Notes: generated by a model from the letters alone, not told the origin. A DNA stretch of 64,000 bases from an uncultured Pelagibacteraceae bacterium (GCA_902580135.1 CACHJL010000002.1:6872-70871); one strand, 5' to 3'. Numbered from the stretch's first letter, positions 1 through 10,233 are shown. A program made the numbers and translations.

Positions 1-27
1 GTAAGGACTGGCAATGCTGGTGGTTAA
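1..27 (+). CDS. possible 3' end of a gene entering from upstream (…VRTGNAGG*)
   Basis: Open frame to TAA at 25-27, convergent on the stop of 30..1370; too short to identify. Confidence 0.3.
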   Translation, partial: VRTGNAGG

Positions 28-29
28 AT

Positions 30-1370
30 CTATTGATGCATAATTTTTGTTTTTCTAAATAAATTATTTATTATAAATAAATTAACAAAAATAATTTGAT
101 TTATAGGTATATGTAGTGAAAAATCAGATAAAAGAATTATAATTATTATAACTAAATATAAGAAATAATTAAAATTATAATTATTTTTATTAAATAAGAC
201 TTTAAAAAAAGAAAGTATAAATAGAATAAAGCCTAAAAAACCAAACTCACCAATAAACTCTAACAAACTTGAATGCGCATGATTAGCGTAGAAAGGTGCG
301 GAGTCTAGAAACTTTAATTTAAATAAAATCTCAAAACTACCAGCTCCATAACCAAACAAAAAGAAATTTTTAATTTGAATATATCCGAATTGAATAATTT
401 CTAGTCTAGAAATACTGGTTGCATTATTGTTTAAACTTAAATCTTCATTTAAGAACAAATATCTTTCCACTAATTTTTCACTTCCAAAAAAATATCCCAT
501 AAACAATACATCAAATAAAATTATAAAAATTAAGACATAACTGAATATTTTATTATTATTTTTTTCAATAAATTGACTATTTATAAAATAAAAAATTATT
601 GTAATTAGCAAAAGAAAATTTCCTAATTTAGAAAAGGTAGTTATTATACCTATAGTAATAAATACAACAAATAATCTTACATAGGTTTTATTGAAAAAAT
701 TATCTTTTTTTTTTATTTTTTTTTCAAAATCTGTATTTTTTAAATATTCCAAGCTAGCAATTAAGCATGTGAGTAAGAAAATTGAAAAAACTGTTCTATT
801 GATAAAAAAACCTGTTGAACCATTATAGTAAGAATTTTCTAAAAAAAATATATCAGGATTTCCATTAAGATATAAAAAGACAGCAATACATGAATGAAAT
901 GCGCCTAAAATAGATAAGAAAAAATAAAACCTAAAAATATGTCTATATTTATAAAAAATCATTTTTGTTATTAGAATTATTAAAAAAATTGAGACATAAT
1001 TTAAAAACTGAAAAAATGTATTAGATGGAGATAAACTAATTGAAGATTCATTATTGTAGTTCAAATGCTTTAAATAAGTATATTTCTCTTTAGATAACAA
1101 TTTTAAAATTTCTAAAGGAAATGGAATTATTTGAAATAATAAATAAAGTAAAAAAAATATATAAATAAAAATCGAACTTTTATTTTTTGTATAAAAATCT
1201 TTTAAATGTGATGAATAGTTTTTATCATTTAAACAATAAATAAATAATGAACTAGATAAAATAAAATTTATCTGTATTAAAATATTTGAATTTCCTCCGT
1301 TGAATACACTTACAAACAGCAAAATTAAAAAAAATAAATACTGATATTTTTTATTTTTTTTTAAATTCAT
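30..1370 (-). CDS. O-antigen ligase family (Wzy_C) membrane protein, possible O-oligosaccharyltransferase
   Basis: Many TM segments; GFFINRT and FLFGYGAGSF…HAHSSLLEFIGEFG motifs (HAHN-like). Confidence 0.8.
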   Translation of the reverse strand: MNLKKNKKYQYLFFLILLFVSVFNGGNSNILIQINFILSSSLFIYCLNDKNYSSHLKDFYTKNKSSIFIYIFFLLYLLFQIIPFPLEILKLLSKEKYTYLKHLNYNNESSISLSPSNTFFQFLNYVSIFLIILITKMIFYKYRHIFRFYFFLSILGAFHSCIAVFLYLNGNPDIFFLENSYYNGSTGFFINRTVFSIFLLTCLIASLEYLKNTDFEKKIKKKDNFFNKTYVRLFVVFITIGIITTFSKLGNFLLLITIIFYFINSQFIEKNNNKIFSYVLIFIILFDVLFMGYFFGSEKLVERYLFLNEDLSLNNNATSISRLEIIQFGYIQIKNFFLFGYGAGSFEILFKLKFLDSAPFYANHAHSSLLEFIGEFGFLGFILFILSFFKVLFNKNNYNFNYFLYLVIIIIILLSDFSLHIPINQIIFVNLFIINNLFRKTKIMHQ

Positions 1371-1373
1371 ACA

Positions 1374-4300
1374 TTAATTAGGTGAAACATTTTTATCAAA
1401 AACTTTATCAAAGTCATCAGTAGTTATCGCTTCTTCATTTTCTAATTTGTTTTTAATTGTATCTAAAACTGTATCGGTTGCAGTTTCATCTGTATCTTCT
1501 GTTGCAGTTTCATCTGTATCTTCTGTTGCAGTTTCATCTGTATCTTCTGTTGCAGTTTCATCTGTATCTTCTGTTGCAGTTTCATCTGTATCTTCTGTTG
1601 CAGTTTCATCTGTATCGGTTGTCGTAGTTTCATCTGTATCGGTTGTCGTAGTTTCATCTGTATCAATTGTTGTGGATTCATCTGTATCTTCTGTTGTAGT
1701 TTCATCTGTATCGGTTGTCGTAGTTTCATCTGTATCTTCTGTTGCAGTTTCATCTGTATCGGTTGTCGTAGTTTCATCTGTTGCTGAAGGATCTTCTGTA
1801 TTTTCATTTTTTTGTGCTTCCTCATTTTTTTCTATAATTGAAATTACTTTTTCAGGGTTTTCTTTTGCTATTTCTACCAATACTTCTGAGACTTTCTCTT
1901 GGTTTTCAGTATTTTTGTCAGCTGAATCTAAAACTTTTTGAGAAATTGTTCCTTCGCTATTTTTAACAATATCAGTTATTTTTTTGATATCATTTTCATC
2001 TTTTGCATTATCGATTGCTGATTTAATTATATTAGATATAGCTTCATCATTTTCTGTTGATGTAGCTGATAAGATTTCAATGGCTCTCTCTCCATTTTCT
2101 TGGTTTGTTATATTGTCTACAACAGATAATTTTAAATCACTTTCGGTATCAATTTTATCTATTTCTTCAAGTACTTTTGATGCTGTACTAGTTTCTGTTT
2201 TTACAATTACTTCTGCTATTATATTTGAATAATCAGTTTCATCATCAGTTCCTGTTCCTTCTTTTTGATTTTTAGCTGCATCAACAGTATTTACAATTAA
2301 AGCTTCTTTATTTTCATCGCTAATAGACTCAATTTTGTCTGGTTCCGTATCAACAATGGCTTTTAAGACTTTAGCAGATAAAGTTTGTTTATCAGTTTCT
2401 TGAGCAGTTTTATTCACTTCTTCGACTACTTTGTTAGCTAATTCATCATTTACAACAGAAACTACATTTGCAATTAATTGACTATCTTCTGAAGTGTTTT
2501 CTGCATTTTGTACTGCTGTTTCTGTTAATTGTTCCATTTGTTCTTTATTATTTTCAGAAAGTTCATTTAATTTCTCAGTGTCTTTTTCTGAAATTCCAGA
2601 GATAACTTCTAATGATAAATTAGTATCCGTTTCAATATCATTAATCTCTTCAATTACTTTACTGGCAGTTTCGGTATCGGTATTAACAATAATATCAGAT
2701 ATAATATCAGTAAAATCTTCTTCTTCCTCGATACCAGTTCCTTCTTGTTGGTTTTTTGCAGACTCGATTGTTTGTTCGATCATTGTATCTTTTACATCGT
2801 CATTAATAATATCCATTTTGCTTGGTTCGGTATCGACAATAGCTTGAAGAACTTTAGCAGATAAAGTTTGTTTTTCATCAGTAGAAGTTTTGCTAACTTC
2901 TTCCACCATCACATTAACCAGGTCATCACTTACAACAGAAACTACATTCGCAATAAGTTGACTATCTTCTGACGTGTTTTCTGCTTTTTGTATCGCATCT
3001 TCTGCTAATTCATTTATTTCTTCTTCAATACTTTCAGTTAATTCGTTTAATACTTCGGAATCTTTCTCGGAAATACTTGATATTACTTCTAAAGATAAAT
3101 TAGTATCCGTTTCAATATCATTAATTTCTTCAATTACTTTACTAGCAGTTTCAGTATCAGTGTTAACAATAATATCAGATATAATATCAGTAAAATCTTC
3201 TTCTTCCTCGATACCCGTTCCTTCTTGTTGGTTTTTTGCAGACTCGATTGTTTGTTCGATCATAACTTCTACTATTTCATCACTGATAATTTCCATTTTA
3301 TCTGGTTCAGTATCAACAATCGCTTGAAGAACTTTGGCAGATAAAGTTTGTTTTTCTTCTGTTGAAGTTTTGCTAACCTCCTCAATCATTACATTAACTA
3401 GCTCATCATTAACAACTGCAACCACGTTTGCAATTAGTTGACTATCTTCTGAAGTGTTTTCTGCATTTTGAATTGCGGATTCGGTTAATTGTTCCATTTG
3501 TTCTTTATTATTTTCTGAAAGTTCATTTAATTTTTCAGTGTCTTTTTCTGAAATACCTGAAATAACTTTTAATGATAAATTACTATCAGTTTCTGTTTCG
3601 TTAACTTCATCTATTATTTTTGCTGCAGTTTCTGAATCTGTTTTAACAATAATTTCTGCAACTATATTAGTTAAATCTTCTTCTTCTTGAACACCTGTTC
3701 CTTCTTGTTGTTCTATTGTAGCTTCAATGGTTTGTTCTATTAATACATCCTTTATCTCTTCATCGATTATATCAATTTTTTCTGGTTCGGTATCAACAAT
3801 AGCTTTTAGAACTTTTGCTGAAAGAGATTGTTTTTCATCTATTGCAACTTTGCTAACTTCTTCGACTACTTTGTTAGCTAATTCATCATTAACAACTGCA
3901 ACCACGTTTGCAATTAGTTGACTATCTTCTGAGGTGTTTTCTGCATTTTGAATTGCAGTTTCAGTTATTTGTTCCATTTGTTCTTTGTTATTTTCAGAAA
4001 GTTCATTCAATTTCTCAGAATCTTTCTCAGAAATACCTGAAATAACTTTTAATGATAAATTACTATCAGTTTCAGTTTCATTAACTTCATCTATTATTTT
4101 TGCTGCAGTTTCAGCATCAGCATTAACAATAATATCAGAAACTATACTGGTCATATCTTGTGACTGTTGTATTCCTGTTCCCTCTTGTTGATTTTTTGCA
4201 GACTCGATTGTTTGTTCAATCATTGTATCTTTTACATCATCATTGATAATATCTATTTTACCAGAGTCGGTATCAACAATTGCTTTTAAAACTTGGGCGG

Positions 4301-6194
4301 ATAAAGTTTGTTTTTCATCAGTAGATGTTTTGCTAACTTCTTCCATAATTTCATTAACAACTTCATCACTGACCACTGCAACCACGTTTGCAATTAATTG
4401 ACTATCTTCAGCTGTATTTTCTGCATTTTGAACGGCTGTTTCTGTTAATTCTTGCATTTGTTCTTTGTTATTTTCTGAAAGTTCATTTAATTTTTCAGAA
4501 TCTTTTTCTGAAATTCCTGAAATAACTTTTAATGATAAATTACTATCAGTTTCCGTTTCGTTAACTTCATCTATTACTTTAGCTGCTGTTTCAGCATCAG
4601 TGTTAACAATTATATCAGATATAATATCAGTTAAATCTTCTTCTTCTTGAATACCTGTTCCTTCTTGTTGATTTTTTGCAGCTTCAATTGTTTGCTGAAT
4701 CATTGTATCTTTTACATCATCATTGATAATATTTATTTTATCTGGTTCTTGTTCCACAATTGCTTGAAGGACTTTAGCTGATAAATTCTGTTTTTCTTCT
4801 GTGGAAGTTTTGCTTACTTCTTCAACCACTTTATTTACCAAGTCATCACTTACAGCGGAAACAACTTGTGCAATCAAATCTACATCTTCATTTGATGAAG
4901 AAGCTTTTTTAATAGCATCAACTGTTAATTTTTCTACTTCTTCGGCACTTGTTTCTGCTAGAGTTTCTAATTTTTCTGGGTTTTTTTCAGAGAAATCTGC
5001 CATTACTTTAAGAGATAATGTTGAGTCTTCATTAGTATTTTTCTCAGTAATATTTGAAATTACAGCGGCAACCGTTCCTTCATCTGATTTTGCCATAACT
5101 TTACTTAGTATCTCTGCTGATTTTTCTGTTTCTTTTGATACTATGGTTTCAAATATTTTTTCTTTTACAGCTATAACCTCTTCTGATTCAGATGAAGTAA
5201 TAAATTTATTATCTTTATCTGATAGATTATCTACAACACCCTCTACCAATGTGTCTTTAGTTTCGATAATTTTTTCTATAGTTTCACCTATATTTTGTTC
5301 ATCAGACTGATCAATCACATCAGATAAAAAAGTTGTATTATCATCTTTGCTATTCTCAACAATAAAATTTATTTGTAGTTTCTTTTCTTCTTTAATGATC
5401 TCTTTAGCTACTTCAATATCAGTTGCATCAACCACTCCATCATTATTTGCATCTTGTAGTTTTCCATTCGCAAGCTTTTCTTCTAGCTGTTTCACTAATT
5501 CAGTTTCATCTATTTTTGAAACTTTTACTAAAGTTTCATTTACTGATTTAAATTCTTCTTTTTCTTCATCAGACTGTTCTCTTTTAGCAATTTCTCTGGA
5601 CTCGGTTATTTCAACAACTTCTTCTGCAGATGTAAGATTAGTTTTTTGACCCTGAGATGTAATTTCAATTTCACCAACTTCACCAAAACTATCTTCTGCA
5701 AGTGCTACTTTTGATTTCCCATCAGTTTTAATTCCCACATTTATTCTTGTTCCCCTTACACCAAGCGACATATTCGATAAATCTACTAGCATTTCTCCGT
5801 TGTTATTTTTTGCAATTGAACCGGATTCTATAATTATCTCTCCTTTACCTAGTTTTGATTTAAAAATATTTTTAGCATCTGATTTTTCAAATTCATTTAT
5901 ATTTATTGAAGTTAATTCTTTTAAAATTATTGTTGTATTGTCATCAAATTGAATGGTTGCTGAAGAATTTTCACCAATTAATATTTCATCTTTAAGAAAA
6001 ATTTCGTCAAATACACCTAATTCTCTTTCATCGCCTTCCTCTGTTATAGCTATAACATCACCTAATATTTCTGTAATTGAACCAATTTTAGTACCTTCAG
6101 AAATTGCAGTATTGCAATGTAAAATATAAAGTAAAATTACTTTGATTAAAAATAGACAATAATTTAAAGTATTTTTTTTATGGCTAATATTCAT
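1374..6194 (-). CDS. giant acidic secreted protein: signal peptide, FecR-like domain, DxNxDG motif, ~160-aa repeats, Thr/Asp/Glu 8-aa repeats
   Basis: N-terminal hydrophobic stretch; DEILIGENSSATIQFDDNT…LGVRGT FecR-like motif; very D/E/T-rich. Confidence 0.8.
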   Translation of the reverse strand: MNISHKKNTLNYCLFLIKVILLYILHCNTAISEGTKIGSITEILGDVIAITEEGDERELGVFDEIFLKDEILIGENSSATIQFDDNTTIILKELTSININEFEKSDAKNIFKSKLGKGEIIIESGSIAKNNNGEMLVDLSNMSLGVRGTRINVGIKTDGKSKVALAEDSFGEVGEIEITSQGQKTNLTSAEEVVEITESREIAKREQSDEEKEEFKSVNETLVKVSKIDETELVKQLEEKLANGKLQDANNDGVVDATDIEVAKEIIKEEKKLQINFIVENSKDDNTTFLSDVIDQSDEQNIGETIEKIIETKDTLVEGVVDNLSDKDNKFITSSESEEVIAVKEKIFETIVSKETEKSAEILSKVMAKSDEGTVAAVISNITEKNTNEDSTLSLKVMADFSEKNPEKLETLAETSAEEVEKLTVDAIKKASSSNEDVDLIAQVVSAVSDDLVNKVVEEVSKTSTEEKQNLSAKVLQAIVEQEPDKINIINDDVKDTMIQQTIEAAKNQQEGTGIQEEEDLTDIISDIIVNTDAETAAKVIDEVNETETDSNLSLKVISGISEKDSEKLNELSENNKEQMQELTETAVQNAENTAEDSQLIANVVAVVSDEVVNEIMEEVSKTSTDEKQTLSAQVLKAIVDTDSGKIDIINDDVKDTMIEQTIESAKNQQEGTGIQQSQDMTSIVSDIIVNADAETAAKIIDEVNETETDSNLSLKVISGISEKDSEKLNELSENNKEQMEQITETAIQNAENTSEDSQLIANVVAVVNDELANKVVEEVSKVAIDEKQSLSAKVLKAIVDTEPEKIDIIDEEIKDVLIEQTIEATIEQQEGTGVQEEEDLTNIVAEIIVKTDSETAAKIIDEVNETETDSNLSLKVISGISEKDTEKLNELSENNKEQMEQLTESAIQNAENTSEDSQLIANVVAVVNDELVNVMIEEVSKTSTEEKQTLSAKVLQAIVDTEPDKMEIISDEIVEVMIEQTIESAKNQQEGTGIEEEEDFTDIISDIIVNTDTETASKVIEEINDIETDTNLSLEVISSISEKDSEVLNELTESIEEEINELAEDAIQKAENTSEDSQLIANVVSVVSDDLVNVMVEEVSKTSTDEKQTLSAKVLQAIVDTEPSKMDIINDDVKDTMIEQTIESAKNQQEGTGIEEEEDFTDIISDIIVNTDTETASKVIEEINDIETDTNLSLEVISGISEKDTEKLNELSENNKEQMEQLTETAVQNAENTSEDSQLIANVVSVVNDELANKVVEEVNKTAQETDKQTLSAKVLKAIVDTEPDKIESISDENKEALIVNTVDAAKNQKEGTGTDDETDYSNIIAEVIVKTETSTASKVLEEIDKIDTESDLKLSVVDNITNQENGERAIEILSATSTENDEAISNIIKSAIDNAKDENDIKKITDIVKNSEGTISQKVLDSADKNTENQEKVSEVLVEIAKENPEKVISIIEKNEEAQKNENTEDPSATDETTTTDTDETATEDTDETTTTDTDETTTEDTDESTTIDTDETTTTDTDETTTTDTDETATEDTDETATEDTDETATEDTDETATEDTDETATEDTDETATDTVLDTIKNKLENEEAITTDDFDKVFDKNVSPN
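1470..1781 (-). repeat. 13 x 24-bp tandem repeat encoding TDET(A/T)T(E/T)D
   Basis: Unit gtttcatctgtatcttctgttgca and variants seen directly. Confidence 0.95.
2130..5030 (-). repeat. about six 480-bp (160-aa) internal repeats
   Basis: QQEGTG-coding motif recurs at ~2741, 3221, 3701, 4181, 4661 (480-bp period) and at ~2258. Confidence 0.9.
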
Positions 6195-6632
6195 TATTTA
6201 AAATTTTTTAAATATATTCTCACATTATTAGTCATTTATAACATTATTTCATTATTAGTTTTGTTTTTACCACAAAAAAACATCAAAAATTATTTTTGGA
6301 AATTATCACCTTACGATTATAGTTATTTAACTGGTTATCCTAACTATGTAAATAATTTATCTCTTTTGAATTCAGTAAATAGAAAAGAAATTAAGGAAAA
6401 GTTGATTATGAATGAATCAAGAAATATTGTGAATATTGAATATTGGAACTACAATTTAATTATTGATAGTTATACAAAAGATCAAACAAAAGATTTTGAA
6501 AAATCATTTTTAAATTTACTTATTTTGACTAAAAACAATAAATCTAAACAAATTGATTTAAAAAAATATTTTATTTCAAACTATAAGTATTTCACCGATA
6601 AAAGTAAAAAAAAAATATTAAATAATTATTGA
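6180..6632 (+). CDS. hypothetical membrane-anchored protein
   Basis: 150-aa ORF with one N-terminal TM helix; start uncertain. Confidence 0.55.
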   Translation: MANIHYLKFFKYILTLLVIYNIISLLVLFLPQKNIKNYFWKLSPYDYSYLTGYPNYVNNLSLLNSVNRKEIKEKLIMNESRNIVNIEYWNYNLIIDSYTKDQTKDFEKSFLNLLILTKNNKSKQIDLKKYFISNYKYFTDKSKKKILNNY

Positions 6633-6684
6633 TAAATTACCCATCAAAAAGTAATTATTTATATAAAAAATTTTACATAAAAAT

Positions 6685-7380
6685 ATGAAAAAATTATTAA
6701 AAAAAATAAAATTTTTTTATTACCTGAATGATGTTTCAAAGTTAATTTTGAATAACCTAAGGTTTGAGAATAAAAAATTAATATTTGCTCAAGTTCCTAG
6801 ATGTTCAACTTCTATAATAATATCATTAATAAAAGAAAATTTGCAAGATCAGTCAAATATAGAATTGCCTAATCATTATTTTAAACCTAAATTCAATAAA
6901 AATTGTAAATATTTTATTTCAATAAGAGACCCGATTGAAAGATTTGCTAGCGCATATTTTCATTTAAAAAATAGACAATTTATATCATATTATGATGATT
7001 TTTTTTCAATGTACCCAACGATTGATAAACTAGCTCAAGAAATATTTAGCAAACAAGCAAGCGACTATGTTAGGCTTTCTCATCACTTAAATGAAGATTT
7101 AAAGAGTTTTATCTCAATAGAATATCTAAAAAAGAATTTACCGACTTATTTGATAACCCACAATAATTTATTACAAGACACTGAGGATTTTTTAAAAACA
7201 AGATTTGGTTTAAATTTTTTTAATTCGAATAATTTTGAAAGAGAATTAATAAAGACCAATGAAAATGATCTTCATTTAAGTAAAAAATCTATAATAAATT
7301 TAAAAGAATTTCTAAAGAAAGATTATCAAATCTATAATTATTTAATTAAAGAAAAAAAAAATATAAATTTTAAAAAATAA
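6685..7380 (+). CDS. sulfotransferase family 2 protein
   Basis: FAQVPRCSTS (5'-PSB-like) and FISIRDPIERFASAY (3'-PB) motifs. Confidence 0.7.
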   Translation: MKKLLKKIKFFYYLNDVSKLILNNLRFENKKLIFAQVPRCSTSIIISLIKENLQDQSNIELPNHYFKPKFNKNCKYFISIRDPIERFASAYFHLKNRQFISYYDDFFSMYPTIDKLAQEIFSKQASDYVRLSHHLNEDLKSFISIEYLKKNLPTYLITHNNLLQDTEDFLKTRFGLNFFNSNNFERELIKTNENDLHLSKKSIINLKEFLKKDYQIYNYLIKEKKNINFKK

Positions 7381-7445
7381 TAATCAAATAAAATTTTTTT
7401 AAACTATTAAATCGAAATAAAATTTTGAAAATTTAATTATTAAAT

Positions 7446-8072
7446 TTATTTTACACAGTGATAGGCAAGTTCTTTGATTGTTTTATTATTGCTATAAAAT
7501 CTATCTTCATTTTCAACTTCAGAAAAGATATCTAATCCTGAATCTCCATATTCACAATTCTTTACATTGGCAAAACCAGCGATTTTCAACTCGTGATATA
7601 AAGATTTTTCGTCATACATCCATCTATGTCTAGAACCACCAAATAAAAATCTCAGTTTATTAATTATATTAGAGTTTTCATTTTTGTTTACACAACCAAG
7701 ACTTTCCATAAATTTATTGGCATCGTTGTCTTTTCTGTAATTTTCAATTCTTGCTTCTAAAGAAGGCACAACAATTCTAAAAATTCCACCTCTCTTTAAC
7801 ATATCATAAATATTTTTAAGCATTTTTTTTGCTTCAAAATAAGAAATATGCTCAAGAACATGGGAACAGTAAATATTATCTGCAGAATTATCGTTACATA
7901 GTTTTTTTTTAGCAATATTTCCATAAATTATTCCCTCTGGAAACTTTAATTTATTTATTCTGATAAAGTGTTTTAAGATTGGAATTTGTTCAGTAAAAGC
8001 TATTGGACTACTATCATAATTTAACCAACTTTTTCCAACAGTATAACCGCAACCTATATGATAGTTTTTCAT
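7446..8072 (-). CDS. class I SAM-dependent methyltransferase (type 11, glycan-locus type)
   Basis: HIGCG; ADNIYCSHVLEH; LKRGGIFRIVVP. Confidence 0.85.
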   Translation of the reverse strand: MKNYHIGCGYTVGKSWLNYDSSPIAFTEQIPILKHFIRINKLKFPEGIIYGNIAKKKLCNDNSADNIYCSHVLEHISYFEAKKMLKNIYDMLKRGGIFRIVVPSLEARIENYRKDNDANKFMESLGCVNKNENSNIINKLRFLFGGSRHRWMYDEKSLYHELKIAGFANVKNCEYGDSGLDIFSEVENEDRFYSNNKTIKELAYHCVK

Positions 8073-8139
8073 TTATATAAATTTTAATCTAAAAATATAC
8101 AATAATCGTTAAAAAAGTTTTTTCTAGTAAATACTAAAC

Positions 8140-10233
8140 CTATTGATTAACATTTTCTTTTTTAAATATAGGTTTATTTTTTTTCTTTTCAATTACATTT
8201 GGATTATCAAAATTGATTGCCATACATGTGATATCATCTCTTAATTTCTCAGCACCCCAATTTAATTCAGCAGCAACAGTATCTACTAAATTTTTTGGGG
8301 TAACTTCTTTTAAATCATTTACTATTCTTTGAACTCCTTCAGCTCCAAGTTCTTCTCCATTTCTTAGATAACCTTCTGTGACACCATCAGTATAAACTAC
8401 AAAAGTTTTTTCTTTTAAGCTCATAGTTTTTGATTTAACCATTGATTCTGCAAAATATTTCATTATTCCAATCGGCGGTAAATCTGATTTTATGAATTCA
8501 AAATTTTTATCTTTATCAAATACCATTATGCTTTCATGTCCTGCATTTATAAAAGTAATATCTCCTGTTGATGTATTTACTTTTCCAAAAACAGCGGTAA
8601 CGAACATGCCTTTAAATTTAGCTTCGACTAATTCGTTATTTACGCCATAAACTACTTTTTCTAATGGAAATTTTAAATTAGTTAATGTTCTAAAAATAGA
8701 TGATGCCTTTGCCATATACATACCTGCTTTAACGCCTTTTCCTGATACATCTGCTAATGTAAAAAAATACTCGTCTTTACTTACACTTACAACATCAAAA
8801 TAATCACCCGAAACATCTCTTGCTGGAATATTTTTTGCATAAATAAAATTCTCATATGCTGAAATATCTGGAAACAAACTTTTCTGTACTCCACCGGCAA
8901 GTTCTCTTTCTTTTAAAAGTTTTGCTTCTTTTTGAAGATTTAAAAGAGCTATTTTGTTTTCTTCTAAAAATCTAAAATAAAGTCCAGTTAAGAATGTTAC
9001 TGTTAGCATAAAGATTGGATAACTCATATCAACTAATTCAAATCTTATAAGAAAAAAACTAAAACCAATAATTATGACTATTAATATACTCAGAAAATAT
9101 ATAGCTAAACTAAACTTTGGTTTTATTTTCTGAGAAAATGCAAAAGCTACAATTGCTATGATAATAGAAAATAAAAGTTCAAAAATATAAATTTTGGGAT
9201 TTCGCGTTAGATATGTATCATCAGTAATATTTTCTACAACATTTGCGTGAACTTCTACTCCTGGAATTGTAATTCCAAGGGGTGTCTTAACTAAATCAAA
9301 TAATCCTTGCGCAGAAGCTCCGATGAAAACATACTTGTCTTTAAAAAAAGATTCATCAAAATCACCCTCAAATACTTTTGCTGCTGATATATATTGATTT
9401 TTAATTGGTTGTTTGTAACGGATCCACATAATTGCATTTGGATCTGAATTTATTTTATAAGGTCTAACATTAATTTCTTTGATGCCTGTCTCATCTAATT
9501 TTACTATTAAATTCTTCTTCTTTGTTCCGGTTCTTATTAGTTCTAGACCTAAGGTTGGAAAAAGTTTTTCATTAAATCGTACTATTAAGGGAAGAGAACG
9601 AATTACTCCATCAGATTGATCTAAAAAAGAAATTGAACCTAAGCCCTTTACATTTTTTTCTAATCTTTCTAGGGAACCAATTGAATAAGGAAAGTTATAA
9701 GTAAAGTTTTTTGGATTACCGCCTTTTGAAAAAAATTTTGCTTTAGGTAATCTTTCATAATTTCCATGTGAAGGAATATTGCTCCCGAGAACTGCCAAAA
9801 CTGTATTGGATTTATTTAATTGATTTTTAAATACATCATCAGGATCTTTTAAATTTTGTAAATCCTTAACATCCGTTGGTATTATATTATATGCAGAAAT
9901 AATTTCTTCAGGAGCTTGTTTATCTCTTTCAGCAAAAAAAACATCAAAAGCAATAGATTTAGGTTTATGGTAGTCAACTCTTTCAACTATTTTTGCGAAT
10001 ATAGTTCTATTCCATGGAAACTGACCAAATTTTCCAAGACTTTGTTCATCGATATCAATTATGACAACATCTGATGTCTTTTTTTTTAAAGGAAATGTTT
10101 TTTGATATAAATCGAAACTTATGTAGGAGATAGATTTTATAAAACTTGGATTAATAATTTTTAAAGATATTAACAAAATTAATATAAATAAAAAAATTAA
10201 ATAGTTTTTGTAATTTAATAAGAATTCTTTCAC
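8140..10233 (-). CDS. CHASE2 sensor fused to SpoIIE/PP2C (RsbU-like) protein phosphatase
   Basis: VVIIDIDEQSL…FPWNR, DGVIRSLPL, PGVEVHAN, 3 TM, then VSGDYFD, ADVSGKG, NAGH, YTDGVTE, DDIT; GTG start. Confidence 0.9.
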   Translation of the reverse strand: MKEFLLNYKNYLIFLFILILLISLKIINPSFIKSISYISFDLYQKTFPLKKKTSDVVIIDIDEQSLGKFGQFPWNRTIFAKIVERVDYHKPKSIAFDVFFAERDKQAPEEIISAYNIIPTDVKDLQNLKDPDDVFKNQLNKSNTVLAVLGSNIPSHGNYERLPKAKFFSKGGNPKNFTYNFPYSIGSLERLEKNVKGLGSISFLDQSDGVIRSLPLIVRFNEKLFPTLGLELIRTGTKKKNLIVKLDETGIKEINVRPYKINSDPNAIMWIRYKQPIKNQYISAAKVFEGDFDESFFKDKYVFIGASAQGLFDLVKTPLGITIPGVEVHANVVENITDDTYLTRNPKIYIFELLFSIIIAIVAFAFSQKIKPKFSLAIYFLSILIVIIIGFSFFLIRFELVDMSYPIFMLTVTFLTGLYFRFLEENKIALLNLQKEAKLLKERELAGGVQKSLFPDISAYENFIYAKNIPARDVSGDYFDVVSVSKDEYFFTLADVSGKGVKAGMYMAKASSIFRTLTNLKFPLEKVVYGVNNELVEAKFKGMFVTAVFGKVNTSTGDITFINAGHESIMVFDKDKNFEFIKSDLPPIGIMKYFAESMVKSKTMSLKEKTFVVYTDGVTEGYLRNGEELGAEGVQRIVNDLKEVTPKNLVDTVAAELNWGAEKLRDDITCMAINFDNPNVIEKKKNKPIFKKENVNQ

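Noticed and set aside
705-724. T9-T10 homopolymers in the Wzy_C gene as phase-variation tracts
   Set aside because: Similar A/T runs are common throughout this AT-rich window and the frame is intact
1470-1781. 24-bp repeat array as a CRISPR array
   Set aside because: No unique spacers, in-frame within a CDS, no cas genes
1447-5649. Many Ser/Val/Ile-rich plus-strand ORFs and the 120-aa QMKLQQKI ORF
   Set aside because: Antisense or alternate-frame shadows of the repetitive giant gene
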